Source: an uncultured Alphaproteobacteria bacterium
GTDB taxonomy: Bacteria; Pseudomonadota; Alphaproteobacteria; Acetobacterales; Acetobacteraceae
DNA: 64,000 bases
Direction of reading: 5' to 3'
Assembly (NCBI GenBank): GCA_963779875.1
Contig: CAWAAI010000007.1
Span: 14,599 to 78,598, forward strand
The position numbers and the translations under genes are program-made. Under the pieces are notes generated by a model. That model was not told where the DNA came from, searched no databases, and saw only the letters and a list, made by a program, of their open reading frames with translations. Shown here piece after piece: positions 20,598 to 30,788 of this stretch. How positions within the stretch are numbered: the first letter of the stretch is position 1; each line of letters begins with the position of its first letter.

Positions 20598-22202
20598 TCA
20601 CGGATGGGCGTTTTCCAGTTCCACCTGGTAGCCGGCGGCGGTGAGCGGGAAGCTCTTCACAGTGTTGCGCACCGCGGTCTGATAGATCGGCTGGAACAGA
20701 ATGATCAGGTCGGCGAGGTCGACCATGCGCTTCTGATATTCGATCCACAGCGCCTCCTGTTTCGCCTGGTCCTGCTCCAGCGTTGCGTCGCGCACCAGCT
20801 TCACCAGGTCGGCGGGCGGGGACCAGTTGAGGCGCTTTGCCACCCGCTCGACCGTGGCCGTGGCCCAGCTGAACTGGCGCACGCCGGCCGGGTTCCAGAA
20901 GGTGAGCACGGCGGTGGACTTGCCGTTGGTGTACTGCGTGCGCAGGTTCACCTGGTCCATCGGGTTGAGCTTTAGCCGAATGCCCACCCGTGCCAGGTCG
21001 GCTTGCAGCTTCTGCGCCAGCACGCCGTAGGACAGGCCGCTGACCGCGGCGTTGCCGTAGCTCACCTCGAACTCGAAGCCGTCGGGCAGCCCCGCCTTCT
21101 TCAGCAGCGCGCGCGAGCGGTCGAGATCCTCGTGGAAGCCGATTTCCTTCGTCACCTTCTCGGTCGAGCCGAGCATGCCGACCGGGAAGAAGCTGGCCGA
21201 GCGCGTGGCCACGCCGCCCAGCAGGTTTTCGCGGATGCCGTCGTAGTCGATGGCATAGCCGATGGCCTGGCGCGCCTCCTGCACGGCGAGTGCCTTGTTG
21301 AGCTCTGGCGAATGGGTGAGCGCCATGTAGACGAAGTCGAGGCTGACGAGCCCCTCGATGCGGACATCCTTGTTGTCCTTGAGGGTGGCGATCTGTTCGG
21401 GGATCAGGTTGAAGGCGGCGTCGATGTCGCCGCGCTGAATTGCCAGGAGCTGCGTGGCGCTCTCGCTCATGTGGCGGATCAGGATACGGTCATAGGCCGG
21501 CTTGCCACCCCAGTAGTGCGGGTTGCGCACCAGTTGGATCTGCACGTTGCGGTCCCAGTTCACCAGCCGGTAGGCACCGGCGCCGGCGGAGTTGCTGTCG
21601 AGCCAGGCCGTGGCCTTGTCGGCGACATTCGCGTCTGCGGCCGAGGTGCCGCCATGCTTCTCCACCACCGCGCGCTCGAGGATGCCGTTGGTGGACGATG
21701 CAAGCGCGCCCAGCACCGGCTCGCGCGGTTCCACGAGGAACAGGTCCACCGTGCGCGGGTCGACTACCTCGATACGCTCGATGTTGAGGATATAGAGCGC
21801 CGGCTGGCCCCTGAGGTTCTTCACCCGGTCCAGCGTCCACTTCACGTCGTCCGCGGTGACCGGGTTGCCGGTGGCGAACTTCGCCTCGCGCAGCTTGAAG
21901 CGCAGCGCCTTGCCGTCGGGGGAGCGCTGCCAGGATTCCGCCAGCGCCGGAACCAAGTCCACATAGTTGCCGGCCTTGAAGGCGACTAGCGACGAATAGG
22001 CGGCGTTCAGGGTCATCGGCGGCGTGTATTGCGCCATGCGGGCCGGATCGAGGCTGATCGTGTCGCTGATGTCGATGCCGAGCACCAGCGTGCCGCGGCG
22101 TCCTTGCGCATGAACCCGCTCGGGCAGGCCGGCGGCAAGGGCGGCGCCGCCGGCGCCAATGAGCCGCGCGACTTGGCGGCGGGTGATCCATCCGTTAGGC
22201 AT
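20598..22202 (-). CDS. ABC transporter substrate-binding protein, family 5 (peptide/nickel type)
   Basis: Tat/Sec-like leader (TRRQVARLIGAGGAALAAG), about 530 aa, family-5 SBP architecture. It is the first gene of the ABC operon. Confidence 0.85.
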   Translation of the reverse strand: MPNGWITRRQVARLIGAGGAALAAGLPERVHAQGRRGTLVLGIDISDTISLDPARMAQYTPPMTLNAAYSSLVAFKAGNYVDLVPALAESWQRSPDGKALRFKLREAKFATGNPVTADDVKWTLDRVKNLRGQPALYILNIERIEVVDPRTVDLFLVEPREPVLGALASSTNGILERAVVEKHGGTSAADANVADKATAWLDSNSAGAGAYRLVNWDRNVQIQLVRNPHYWGGKPAYDRILIRHMSESATQLLAIQRGDIDAAFNLIPEQIATLKDNKDVRIEGLVSLDFVYMALTHSPELNKALAVQEARQAIGYAIDYDGIRENLLGGVATRSASFFPVGMLGSTEKVTKEIGFHEDLDRSRALLKKAGLPDGFEFEVSYGNAAVSGLSYGVLAQKLQADLARVGIRLKLNPMDQVNLRTQYTNGKSTAVLTFWNPAGVRQFSWATATVERVAKRLNWSPPADLVKLVRDATLEQDQAKQEALWIEYQKRMVDLADLIILFQPIYQTAVRNTVKSFPLTAAGYQVELENAHP

Positions 22203-22369
22203 GGCAAGGTTCCCCCATTATTCTTGGGCCTGGACGGCCTATAGCTTCGAGCCTGCCACAGGCAGGGTGGCAGGTGAAGCCTTTCATGCCCGCGCCCGGT
22301 TCGCGAATGGACGCGTGCTGCAAGGCGATGTAGCGTTCAGCGAGGTTGCCCAGGGACGGAACGACAACG

Positions 22370-23440
22370 ATGAACACGGCGCTGCCCGGCGGCATAGACT
22401 GCGACGTCCACCCGGCGCTGCCCGGCATGTCCGCCCTGCTGCCCCATCTCGACCCGTACTGGCAGGAACAGGTGACGGTGCGCGGTATCGACGGGCTCGA
22501 CCTGGCGAGCTTTCCGCTGCAGATGGAGGCTCATGGGCGGCGCGACTGGCGCGAGCCGGGGGCAAAGCCGGGCAGCTCTCTGCAACGGCTGCAGCGCGAC
22601 GCGTTGGACGGTTTCGGCTCGCGCCTGGCGATCTGCAATCCGCTCTATGGCGTGCTGGCCATCTACAACGAGCATTTCGCCGCCGCGGTGGCGCGCGCGA
22701 TGAACGACTGGCTCGCCGCCGAATGGCTCGACCGCGAGAAGCGGCTGCGCGGGTCCATCACGGTGGCGGCACAGAACGCCGAGCTTGCGGTGGACGAGAT
22801 CGAGCGCCGGGCCGGCGACCCACGCTTCGTGCAGGTGCTGTTGCTGGCGCAGGGCGACGCGCCGCTCGGCAACCGGCGCTACTGGCCGATCTATGCCGCG
22901 GCCGAGCGCCACGGGCTGTCGATCGGGGTGCATGCCGGCAGCACCTTCCGCCACGCCACCACGTCCAACGGCTGGCCATCGTACCACCTGGAGGACTACG
23001 CGGCGCATGCCCAGGCCTTCCAGTCCAACCTGTTGAGCTTGGTGCATGAGGGTGTGTTCACCAAATTCGCCGGGCTCACATTCGTGCTGATCGAGAGTGG
23101 CTTCACCTGGCTGCCCGCCTTCATGTGGCGCGCCAACAAGACTTGGCGCGGCGTGCGGGCCGAGGTGCCGTGGGTGGACCGGGCGCCGGGCGAACTCATC
23201 CGCGACCACGTGCGTTTCACCCTGCAGCCGACCGACAGCCCGCCCACCGGCGAGGACATGGAGCGGCTGCTGGAGCAGATCGGCCGCGACGACATGCTGC
23301 TGTTCTCGACCGACTATCCGCATTGGCAGTTCGACGGCCAGAATGTCTGGCCGGCCGGCTTTTCCGACGCGCTGAAGCGCCGGGTGCTGGTGGATAATCC
23401 GCGCAATGCCTATCCGAGGTTGAAGGAGGCTCTGCAATGA
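22370..23440 (+). CDS. amidohydrolase-2 family protein (ACMSD/decarboxylase-hydratase-like)
   Basis: IDCDVHP metal-binding start, ..GVHAGS.., and ..FSTDYPHWQFD C-terminal motif. It is divergent from the ABC operon. Confidence 0.8.
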   Translation: MNTALPGGIDCDVHPALPGMSALLPHLDPYWQEQVTVRGIDGLDLASFPLQMEAHGRRDWREPGAKPGSSLQRLQRDALDGFGSRLAICNPLYGVLAIYNEHFAAAVARAMNDWLAAEWLDREKRLRGSITVAAQNAELAVDEIERRAGDPRFVQVLLLAQGDAPLGNRRYWPIYAAAERHGLSIGVHAGSTFRHATTSNGWPSYHLEDYAAHAQAFQSNLLSLVHEGVFTKFAGLTFVLIESGFTWLPAFMWRANKTWRGVRAEVPWVDRAPGELIRDHVRFTLQPTDSPPTGEDMERLLEQIGRDDMLLFSTDYPHWQFDGQNVWPAGFSDALKRRVLVDNPRNAYPRLKEALQ

Positions 23441-24557
23441 CTCCCGAAGACGGCCGGACCGTTGTGGCCGAGGCGCCGGTCAGTGCCTCGCGCAGCAAGC
23501 TCAAGCTCATCGACTGCGACGTGCACCACGCGCTGCGCTCGTCGAAGGACCTTTATCCCTACCTGGCGTCGCGCTGGCACAGCCACCTGGAGAATTTCGG
23601 GCGTCGCCGGCCAGTGCCGTTCACCGCGGCCTCGCCCTATCCCAAGACCGCGCCGGCACTGTCGCGCACCGATTCCTGGCCGCCCAATGGCGGGCCGCCC
23701 GGCGCGGACCTCGCCTTCATGCAGGAGCAGTTGCTCGACCCCTACAATATCGAATACGGCATGCTGCACCTGCTGATGAGCGGCATGGACGAGCGCAACC
23801 AGGATCTGGGCAACGCGATCTGCAGCGCCATCAACGACTGGCAGGTACCGAGCACTGGACGCAGAAGGACCGCCGGCTGAAAGCGGCCATCGTGGTGCCG
23901 GGCGAGGACCCGCCGGCCGCCGTGCGCGAGATCGAGCGCTGGGCCGGCAACCCCGACTTCGCCCAGGTCAGCCTTGTCACCCATACGATCGAGCCGCTGG
24001 GCCGCCGGCGCTACTGGCCGATCTACGAAGCCGCCGCCGCCCTCGGCCTGCCGATCGGGCTGCATAGCTCGGGCAACAACGGCCACGCCGTGACCAGCGC
24101 GGGATGGTGCAGCTACTACGTGGAGGAGCAGCACAACGTGGCGCTGTCGCAGCAGAACCTGGCGATCTCGCTGGTGTGCGAAGGCGTGTTCGAGCGGTTT
24201 CCGGCGCTGAAGGCGGTGATCATCGAGGCCGGGTTCGTCTGGGTGCCGTCGGTGGCCTGGCGGCTGGACCAGCATTGGGCGCGGATGCGCGGCGAGGTGC
24301 CGCACCTGTCCAAGAAGCCGTCGGAATATTTCCGCAGCAGCATCTGGTATTCCAGCCAACCCGCCGACGAGCCGGAGCGTCCGGAATACCTGCGCCAGAG
24401 CCTGGACTGGCTCGGCTGGGACCGGCTGCTGTTCGCCACTGACTACCCGCACTGGGACATGGACAGCCCCGAACAGGCGTTCAAGTTCCGCATGAGCGAG
24501 GCTGAGCAGCGCCAGGTCTTCGCCGACAACGCGCGCGCGCTGTACGGGCTGGCCTGA
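23437..24557 (+). pseudogene. paralogous amidohydrolase-2 family gene with an apparent -1 frameshift
   Basis: The N-terminal part (LIDCDVHH...AICSAINDWQ) is in the frame of the 23437 ORF. The continuation EHWTQKDRRLKAAIVVPGEDP..ATDYPHWDMD is in the frame of the 23892 ORF. It is collinear with the upstream paralogue (NDWLAAEWLDREKRLRGSI). The switch is at about 23845-23850. Confidence 0.65.
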
Positions 24558-24559
24558 AG

Positions 24560-24973
24560 GTGGCACGGCACGTTGTTGCTGCGGCTGGCGAGATTCCGCC
24601 GGGCGGGCGCAAGCTGGTGACCGTCCGCGGCCGGCAGATCGGCATCTTCAACCATGCCGGAGAGTATTTCGCGCTGCTGAACCGCTGCCCGCATCAGGGC
24701 GCCGAACTGTGCAAGGGCAAGCTGATCGGGCTGGCGACTTCGCGCGAGCCGGGGCATTTCGAGCTGACGCGCCAGGGCGAGATGCTGAAGTGTCCCTGGC
24801 ATGGCTGGGAATACGACATCCGCACCGGCCAGTCCTGGTGCGACCCCAACGACACCAAGGTGCGCGCCTACCCGGTGACGGTCGAACACGGCGAGGCGCT
24901 GGTGAAGGGGCCCTTCGTGGCCGAGACGTTCCAGGTGGCGGTGGAACAGGACTACGTCGTCATAGAAGTTTGA
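24560..24973 (+). CDS. Rieske (2Fe-2S) domain protein
   Basis: CPHQGA...CPWHGWEYD Rieske cluster ligands. The GTG start is 3 nt after the upstream stop. Confidence 0.85.
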   Translation: MARHVVAAAGEIPPGGRKLVTVRGRQIGIFNHAGEYFALLNRCPHQGAELCKGKLIGLATSREPGHFELTRQGEMLKCPWHGWEYDIRTGQSWCDPNDTKVRAYPVTVEHGEALVKGPFVAETFQVAVEQDYVVIEV

Positions 24974-25080
24974 CGGGGCCGGGAGGGGCCGTGGGCGAGG
25001 CGTCCGGCTTCGTCGTCTGGGCGGAAAATGCCCGGCGATGAGTTGCGCCGAGCGTCGTCTCTGCGTATCCCCTCCGGATC

Positions 25081-25791
25081 ATGAGTTTGGGAACCCGCCG
25101 CAGCCGCGAACGCCGCCAGCGAACCCGTCGCCTGATGTTCGGCGTGGGAAAGTGGCTGTTGATCGTCGGCGCGCTGATCGGCATCGGCTACGAGGCGCAT
25201 CGCACCGGCAGCCGGCTGGCCCGGGTGGAAACCGAGCGGTTGGCCGCTGACCTTGCCGCCGCGCGGCAGCAGGTGGGCCTGCTGGGACAGGACAATGCCC
25301 GGTTGAAGCTGGAGCTTGAACAGGCGCGCGCCGCCCGGGCAGGGCTGCAGCAGCGCTACGACGCCGTCATCCCCACCGGCACACTGGCCGCCATCCTCGC
25401 CGACGCGCGCACGCGATTGGCCGGCGGCCTGGATGGCGAACGCATTCGCCAGGCGATCGGCGAGGCGGAGCCGGTGCAGCGCTGCGACGGCCCCACGGTG
25501 TCGCGCCGCTTCCGCATCTCGGCCGGCGCCAAGCTCGCACCCGACGACGGCACCACCTTTGCCGACGGTATGATTCGCGTGGCCGCCCTGGCGCCTGTGA
25601 TCGCCGACGACATGGCGCGCCACTCGATTGTGAGCTTCTCCGGCCTGGGCAGCGGCGGCCCGGCGACGGCCAAGGGCATGCCGGCGAGCCACGTATTCCG
25701 CCTGAACAACATCGAGGTGGTGCTCGACGTCACGGAAAGCCCGATCCCGGGTTTTGCCAACGCCACGCTGACCACCTGCCGGCTCGGCTGA
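25081..25791 (+). CDS. hypothetical membrane-anchored coiled-coil protein
   Basis: Basic N-terminus, one TM segment (WLLIVGALIGIGY), then a heptad-like region (LAADLAAARQQVGLLGQDNARLKLELEQARAA). No family recognised. Confidence 0.55.
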   Translation: MSLGTRRSRERRQRTRRLMFGVGKWLLIVGALIGIGYEAHRTGSRLARVETERLAADLAAARQQVGLLGQDNARLKLELEQARAARAGLQQRYDAVIPTGTLAAILADARTRLAGGLDGERIRQAIGEAEPVQRCDGPTVSRRFRISAGAKLAPDDGTTFADGMIRVAALAPVIADDMARHSIVSFSGLGSGGPATAKGMPASHVFRLNNIEVVLDVTESPIPGFANATLTTCRLG

Positions 25792-25794
25792 GCG

Positions 25795-28201
25795 TCAGCT
25801 GGGGGGAGCGGCAGCCGGGGCAGGCATGGCCTCGGCCCGCGCTACCTCGCGCTTGACCGCGAGGAAGCTGTCCGGGCTGACCGAGACCGAGTCGATGCCG
25901 CATTCCACCAGGAATCGGGCGAAGCCGGGGTGGTCGCTCGGCGCCTGGCCGCATAGGCCGATCTTGGCGCCGGCCTTGCGCGCCTCGGCTATCACGCTGG
26001 CGATCATCCATTTCACCGCCGGGTCCTGCTCGTCGAACAGCTCGGCCAGCGCCTCGGAATCGCGGTCCACGCCCAGTGTGAGCTGGGTGAGGTCGTTGCT
26101 GCCGATCGAGAAGCCGTCGAAGCGGGCGGCGAAATCCTTGGCCAGGATCACGTTGGAGGGCACCTCGCACATGACATAGACCTGCAGCCCGTCCTCGCCC
26201 CGCCGCAGCCCCTCCTCGGCCATGACAGCCAGCACCCGGTCGGCCTCGACCACCGAGCGGCAGAACGGGATCATCACCACCACGTTGCGCAGCCCCATTT
26301 CCTGGCGCAGCCGGCGTATGGCGCGGCATTCCAGCGCGAAGCCGGCACGGTAGCGCGGCGAATAGTAGCGCGAGGCGCCGCGGAACCCGATCATCGGGTT
26401 CTCCTCGTGCGGCTCGAACTCTGCGCCGCCGAGCAGGCCGGCATATTCGTTGGTCTTGAAGTCGCTCATGCGCACGATCACCGGGCGCGGATACTGGGCG
26501 GCGGCGATGCGGGCCAGGCCGCGCGGCCAGGTTGTCCACGAAATACTCGGTCTTGTCGTCGTAGCCTTCGGCAAGCTCGGCGATCCGGCGCTTGGCCTCG
26601 GCGTCCTGCAGGCGGTCGAAATGCACCAGCGCCATTGGATGCACCTTGATGTGGTTGCTCACCACGAACTCCATGCGCGCCAGCCCCACCCCGTCGGCCG
26701 GCATGCGCCACCAGCGGAAGGCGGCGGCCGGGTTGGCGAGGTTGAGCATCACCTGGGTGCGCGTGGCCGGCACGTCCGACAGGTCGAGGGTCTCGGTCTC
26801 GACCTGGGCGATGCCCTCATAGACCGCGCCGGTATCGCCCTCGGCGCAGGAGACGGTGATGTCCTGCTGGTCGTGCAGCACGTGGGTGGCGTTGCCGGTG
26901 CCAACAATTGCCGGCAGGCCCAGCTCGCGGCTGACGATGGCGGCATGCGAGGTGCGGCCGCCATGATCGGTGACGATCGCCGCCGCCCGCTTCATGATCG
27001 GCACCCAGTCGGGGTCGGTGTTGCCGGTGACCAGGATGGCGCCGTCCACGAAGCGGTCGATATCGTGCGCGTTCTCGATAAGGCACACCCGCCCGGCCAC
27101 CGCCGCCTCGCCGATGGCAAGGCCGGTGGCCAAGGTGCGCCCCTTGCCGGCGACGCGGTAGGTGCGCAGGGCCCCGGTGTCGCGGCGCGACTGCACCGTC
27201 TCGGGGCGTGCCTGGACGATGAAAAGATCGCCGTTGCGGCCGTCGCGCGCCCATTCCATGTCCATGGGGCAGCCGTAATGGGCCTCGATGGCACAGGCCC
27301 AGCGGGCGAGGGTGAGAACCTCCGCATCCGACAGCACGAAGCCGGCGCGCTCGGCCCGCGAGGTCGGCACGGTGCGCGTGGTGCGGCCTTCGCTGGTGGC
27401 GTAGATCATTTTGATCGCCTTGCCGCCGCGCCGCTTCTCCACGATGGGCACCAGCGCGGCGTCGGCCAACAGCGGCTTGAACACGACGTATTCGTCGGGA
27501 TCCACCGCGCCCTGCACCACGGTTTCGCCCAGGCCCCAGGTGGCGTCGATCACCACCACGCGGTCGAACCCGGTCTCGGTGTCGATGGAGAACATCACGC
27601 CGGAGGCGCCGAGGTCGGCGCGCACCATGGCCTGGACACCCACCGACAACGCCACCTTCAGGTGGTCGAAGCCGCGCGTCTCGCGGTAGCTGATCGCCCG
27701 GTCGGTGAAAAGCGAGGCGAGGCAACGGCGGCAGGCGTCGAGCAGGGCGTCGGCACCGCGGATGTTCAGGAACGTCTCCTGCTGGCCGGCGAAGCTGGCA
27801 TCCGGCAGGTCCTCGGCCGTGGCGCTGGAGCGTACGGCGACGTCGGCCTCTTCGTGGCCGAGCCGGGCGCATAGCGCGGCATAGGCTTCACGGATTGCGG
27901 TGGCGGTCTCGTCTGGCCACGCGCCGTGCAGCACCGCCTCGCGGATCGTCCGCCCCGCCTCGGCCAGCGTCAGGCTGCGTTCCTTGAGGGCGGCGAGCGT
28001 GTCGGCGATGGTGCCGGACAGGTGGTTGGCCTGGACAAACCGCCAGTAGGCGTCCGCGGTGGTGGCGAAGCCCGGCGGGACGGCCACGCCGCGCGCGCCG
28101 AGATGGCGCACCATCTCGCCCAGGGAAGCATTCTTGCCGCCCACGGCAGCCACGTCGCCCCGGCCCAGATCCTCGAACCAGATCACCTGCTGTTCGCCCA
28201 T
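25795..28201 (-). pseudogene. ppsA: phosphoenolpyruvate synthase with an apparent +1 frameshift
   Basis: The N-terminal ATP-grasp and phospho-His domains (MGEQQVIWFEDLG..GGRTSHAAIVSRELGLPA..) are in the frame of the 25730..28261 ORF up to YFVDNLA. The PEP-utilising C-terminal domain ([39 protein letters not shown]) is in the frame of the 25795..26574 ORF. One extra G is inferred near 26515-26530. Confidence 0.7.
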
Positions 28202-28473
28202 CGCACGATCCTCCCGGCTGTGGCGTCGCGGCGGTGCCGCGGTCGAGCGCGACAATGCCATGCCCCCGCCCGGCGCCGTGTGACCTGGATCAACGCGGAT
28301 GCGATCCCGGGTTTCCGTGACCAGGCGCCAGGGAGGGAGCCGGCCGGGATGCGGCTAGGCTGATGCGCCTCTGGGTGAAAGATGCGCCCCTGGGTGGAAC
28401 CTGGGACCGTGCAGCCGCCGGCCTGACTTGATGCCTTTGCCCTAACCCTGCTGCTCTTGCCCTACGGTCTGCC

Positions 28474-28977
28474 CTACGTCGCGGCGTCAGGGGCGAGCGA
28501 CTTGATAAGGTCAAAAACCCGCTTGCGCACCGCGGAATCGGTGATGCGGTAGTAGGCGCGCACCAGTTCCAGCGTCTCGCGCCGGTTCATCGAGTCGTCC
28601 ACGCCAGCTGCGGCGCCAAAGGACTCCTGGGTGTCGGCGAAGCCGAAGGAGCGCCGTGCTCCCATCACGCCCGCGGTGCCGCCATAGGTGGTGGCCAGCG
28701 ATTCGGGCATGTCGTCAAAAAAGAAGCTGATCGGTACGTCCAGCACGCGCGACAGGTCGAACAGGCGCGATGCCCCCACGCGGTTCACGCCGCGCTCGTA
28801 TTTCTGGACCTGCTGGAAGGTGAGGCCGAGCGCCTCGCCCAGCCGCTCCTGCGACATCCCCAACAAAGTGCGGCGCAGGCGGATACGCGTTCCGACATGG
28901 GCATCGATCGGGCTGGCCCGCGACTCCCGCTCCGGCCGGTCTGCGGCGCCTGTGCTGTCTCGACCTGATTCCGCCAT
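28474..28977 (-). CDS. XRE-family helix-turn-helix transcriptional regulator
   Basis: IRLRRTLLGMSQERLGEALGLTFQQVQKYERGVNRVGASRLFDLSRVL is a canonical Cro/C1-type HTH. Confidence 0.8.
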   Translation of the reverse strand: MAESGRDSTGAADRPERESRASPIDAHVGTRIRLRRTLLGMSQERLGEALGLTFQQVQKYERGVNRVGASRLFDLSRVLDVPISFFFDDMPESLATTYGGTAGVMGARRSFGFADTQESFGAAAGVDDSMNRRETLELVRAYYRITDSAVRKRVFDLIKSLAPDAAT

Positions 28978-29153
28978 TGATTGACCAATCCCGTTCTGTC
29001 CGATGTGCCCAAGAATAAGCCGTGAAATGAGCGCGGCTGAAATGAGCCGCGCCCCAACCGGCCTACCGCAGCCGGCGGCCGGTTGACCGCAACGCTAGGC
29101 TCACAACCGCAAATCGTCAAGAAATTATGAAACTCGCCCCTGTATGTCTCGTT

Positions 29154-30707
29154 TCACGAGATGGGGGGTCTGTTTGCCTCATTCCTGGCGCGCCGTCCAC
29201 GAGTGGTGAATCCCAGGCCCACCAGCAGCAGCGCGAGTCCACCGGGCAGCCACAGGCCGAGGCGCGCAAAGGGCGGCGGCGGGAGATACCCGGGCAGGTG
29301 CACCGCCAAGCTGCCCGTCACCCCCATGCCGAGCCTGCCAAGCTCGCGGCCATGGGCGTCGTAGGCCGCGGATATGCCGGTATTGGCGGCGCGGGCGATC
29401 GGCAGCCCCTCCTCCACCGCGCGCAGCCGGGCGGCGGCGAGATGCTGCCGCGGCCCGGTCGAATTGCCGAACCAGGCGTCGTTGGTGATGGTCACGATCC
29501 AGTGTGGACGGTCGCGGCGCGCCACCACTGCGGCTGGGAATATCGCCTCGTAGCAGATCAGCGGCGAGAAGGGCGGCAGCCCCGGCACGTGCAGCGTTTC
29601 CGGTCCGGGCCCGGCCATGAACCCGCCGCCCGGCACCACCTGGACCGGCAGCGGCATCCAACTGGGCTGATACTCGCCGAACGGCACCAGGTGCCACTTG
29701 TCATAGCGCGCCAGCGGCAGCCCGCCACCCTGCAATGCGACGAGACTGTTGTAGGGCCGCCGCGCGGCGTCGAAGCGCACGGTGCCGATCAGCGCCGGGA
29801 CCACCGTGCCGTCGGGGCGCGTCGACGCCGCGGCTATCATCGCGCGGGCGGTGGCGTCGATGTCGAGCAGATAGGGGCTTGCCGTCTCGGGCCAGATCAC
29901 CACCGCGGGGCCGCTGTCGAGCTTTGTCACGGCGTCGCGGGTCAACGCGAGGTAGCGTTGGAAGATCGTGCCCACGATGGCGCGGTCCCATTTCTGACCC
30001 TGCGGCACGTTGCCTTGCACCAATACCACCGTCAGCCCGGGATCGGCGGCGACCGGCTCGCCCAGGTGCCAGGCGCCCCAGGCCGTCCAGGCCACCAGCC
30101 CTGCCAGCCCCGCCAGCACAGCGCGGCGGCCCATCAGCGGTGTTGCGGCGAGCAGCAGCGTGGCCAGGGTGAGGCCGTGCACGCCCGCCAGCGCCGCGGG
30201 CTGCAGCATCACGTCGCCCACCGGCCCCGGCACCGCCCAGACGCTGCCCCAGGGGTTCCACGGAAAGCCGGTCAGCACGAACTGCCGGGCGAGGTCGAAG
30301 GCCACCCAGCCGCCGGCCAGCACCGCTACGCGCCGCCAGCCCGGCGGGGCCAGCCGGGCAAGGCCGCAGGGGGCGGCGATGAACAGCGCCAGCAGGGCCG
30401 ACAGCGCCGGAACCGCCAGCGGCACCAGCCACCAGAACCGTGCGGACTCGATCAGGATGGCTTCGGTGACCCAGTACAGCCCCACCACATGGTGGCCGAA
30501 GCCGAACCAGAAGCCGGTTGCCAACGCGCCGCGCACCCCGGCCCGGGCTCCGAGCATCGTCAGCAGCCCCGGCACCGCCAGCAGCAGCACCGGCAGCGCG
30601 TGGACCGGCGGCAGCGCCAGCGCCGAGACAGCGCCCAGCACGGCGGCGGTCGCCATGGCACGCCAGCCGCGCATGGCGGCCAACACGGCAAGAAACCTGT
30701 TCAGCAT
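29154..30707 (-). CDS. lnt: apolipoprotein N-acyltransferase
   Basis: Multi-TM N-terminal half, and a C-terminal nitrilase-like domain (VVIWPETA.., LICYEAIFP, WIVTITNDAWFG). ATG 30707 (MLNRF) is preferred over the upstream track start. Confidence 0.85.
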   Translation of the reverse strand: MLNRFLAVLAAMRGWRAMATAAVLGAVSALALPPVHALPVLLLAVPGLLTMLGARAGVRGALATGFWFGFGHHVVGLYWVTEAILIESARFWWLVPLAVPALSALLALFIAAPCGLARLAPPGWRRVAVLAGGWVAFDLARQFVLTGFPWNPWGSVWAVPGPVGDVMLQPAALAGVHGLTLATLLLAATPLMGRRAVLAGLAGLVAWTAWGAWHLGEPVAADPGLTVVLVQGNVPQGQKWDRAIVGTIFQRYLALTRDAVTKLDSGPAVVIWPETASPYLLDIDATARAMIAAASTRPDGTVVPALIGTVRFDAARRPYNSLVALQGGGLPLARYDKWHLVPFGEYQPSWMPLPVQVVPGGGFMAGPGPETLHVPGLPPFSPLICYEAIFPAAVVARRDRPHWIVTITNDAWFGNSTGPRQHLAAARLRAVEEGLPIARAANTGISAAYDAHGRELGRLGMGVTGSLAVHLPGYLPPPPFARLGLWLPGGLALLLVGLGFTTRGRRARNEANRPPIS

Positions 30708-30788
30708 GCCCGGCCGGCTACACCGCGCCCGCGCCCGGGGCAGCCACTTGGCGACAATGTCCGCGCACGCGGGCAGCACGCCGCCGGG

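Noticed and set aside
24561-24579. A sigma-54-like TGGCAC...TTGC string (TGGCACGGCACGTTGTTGC).
   Set aside because: The spacing is off by one from GG-N10-GC. It also lies inside the first codons of the Rieske gene rather than upstream of a gene.
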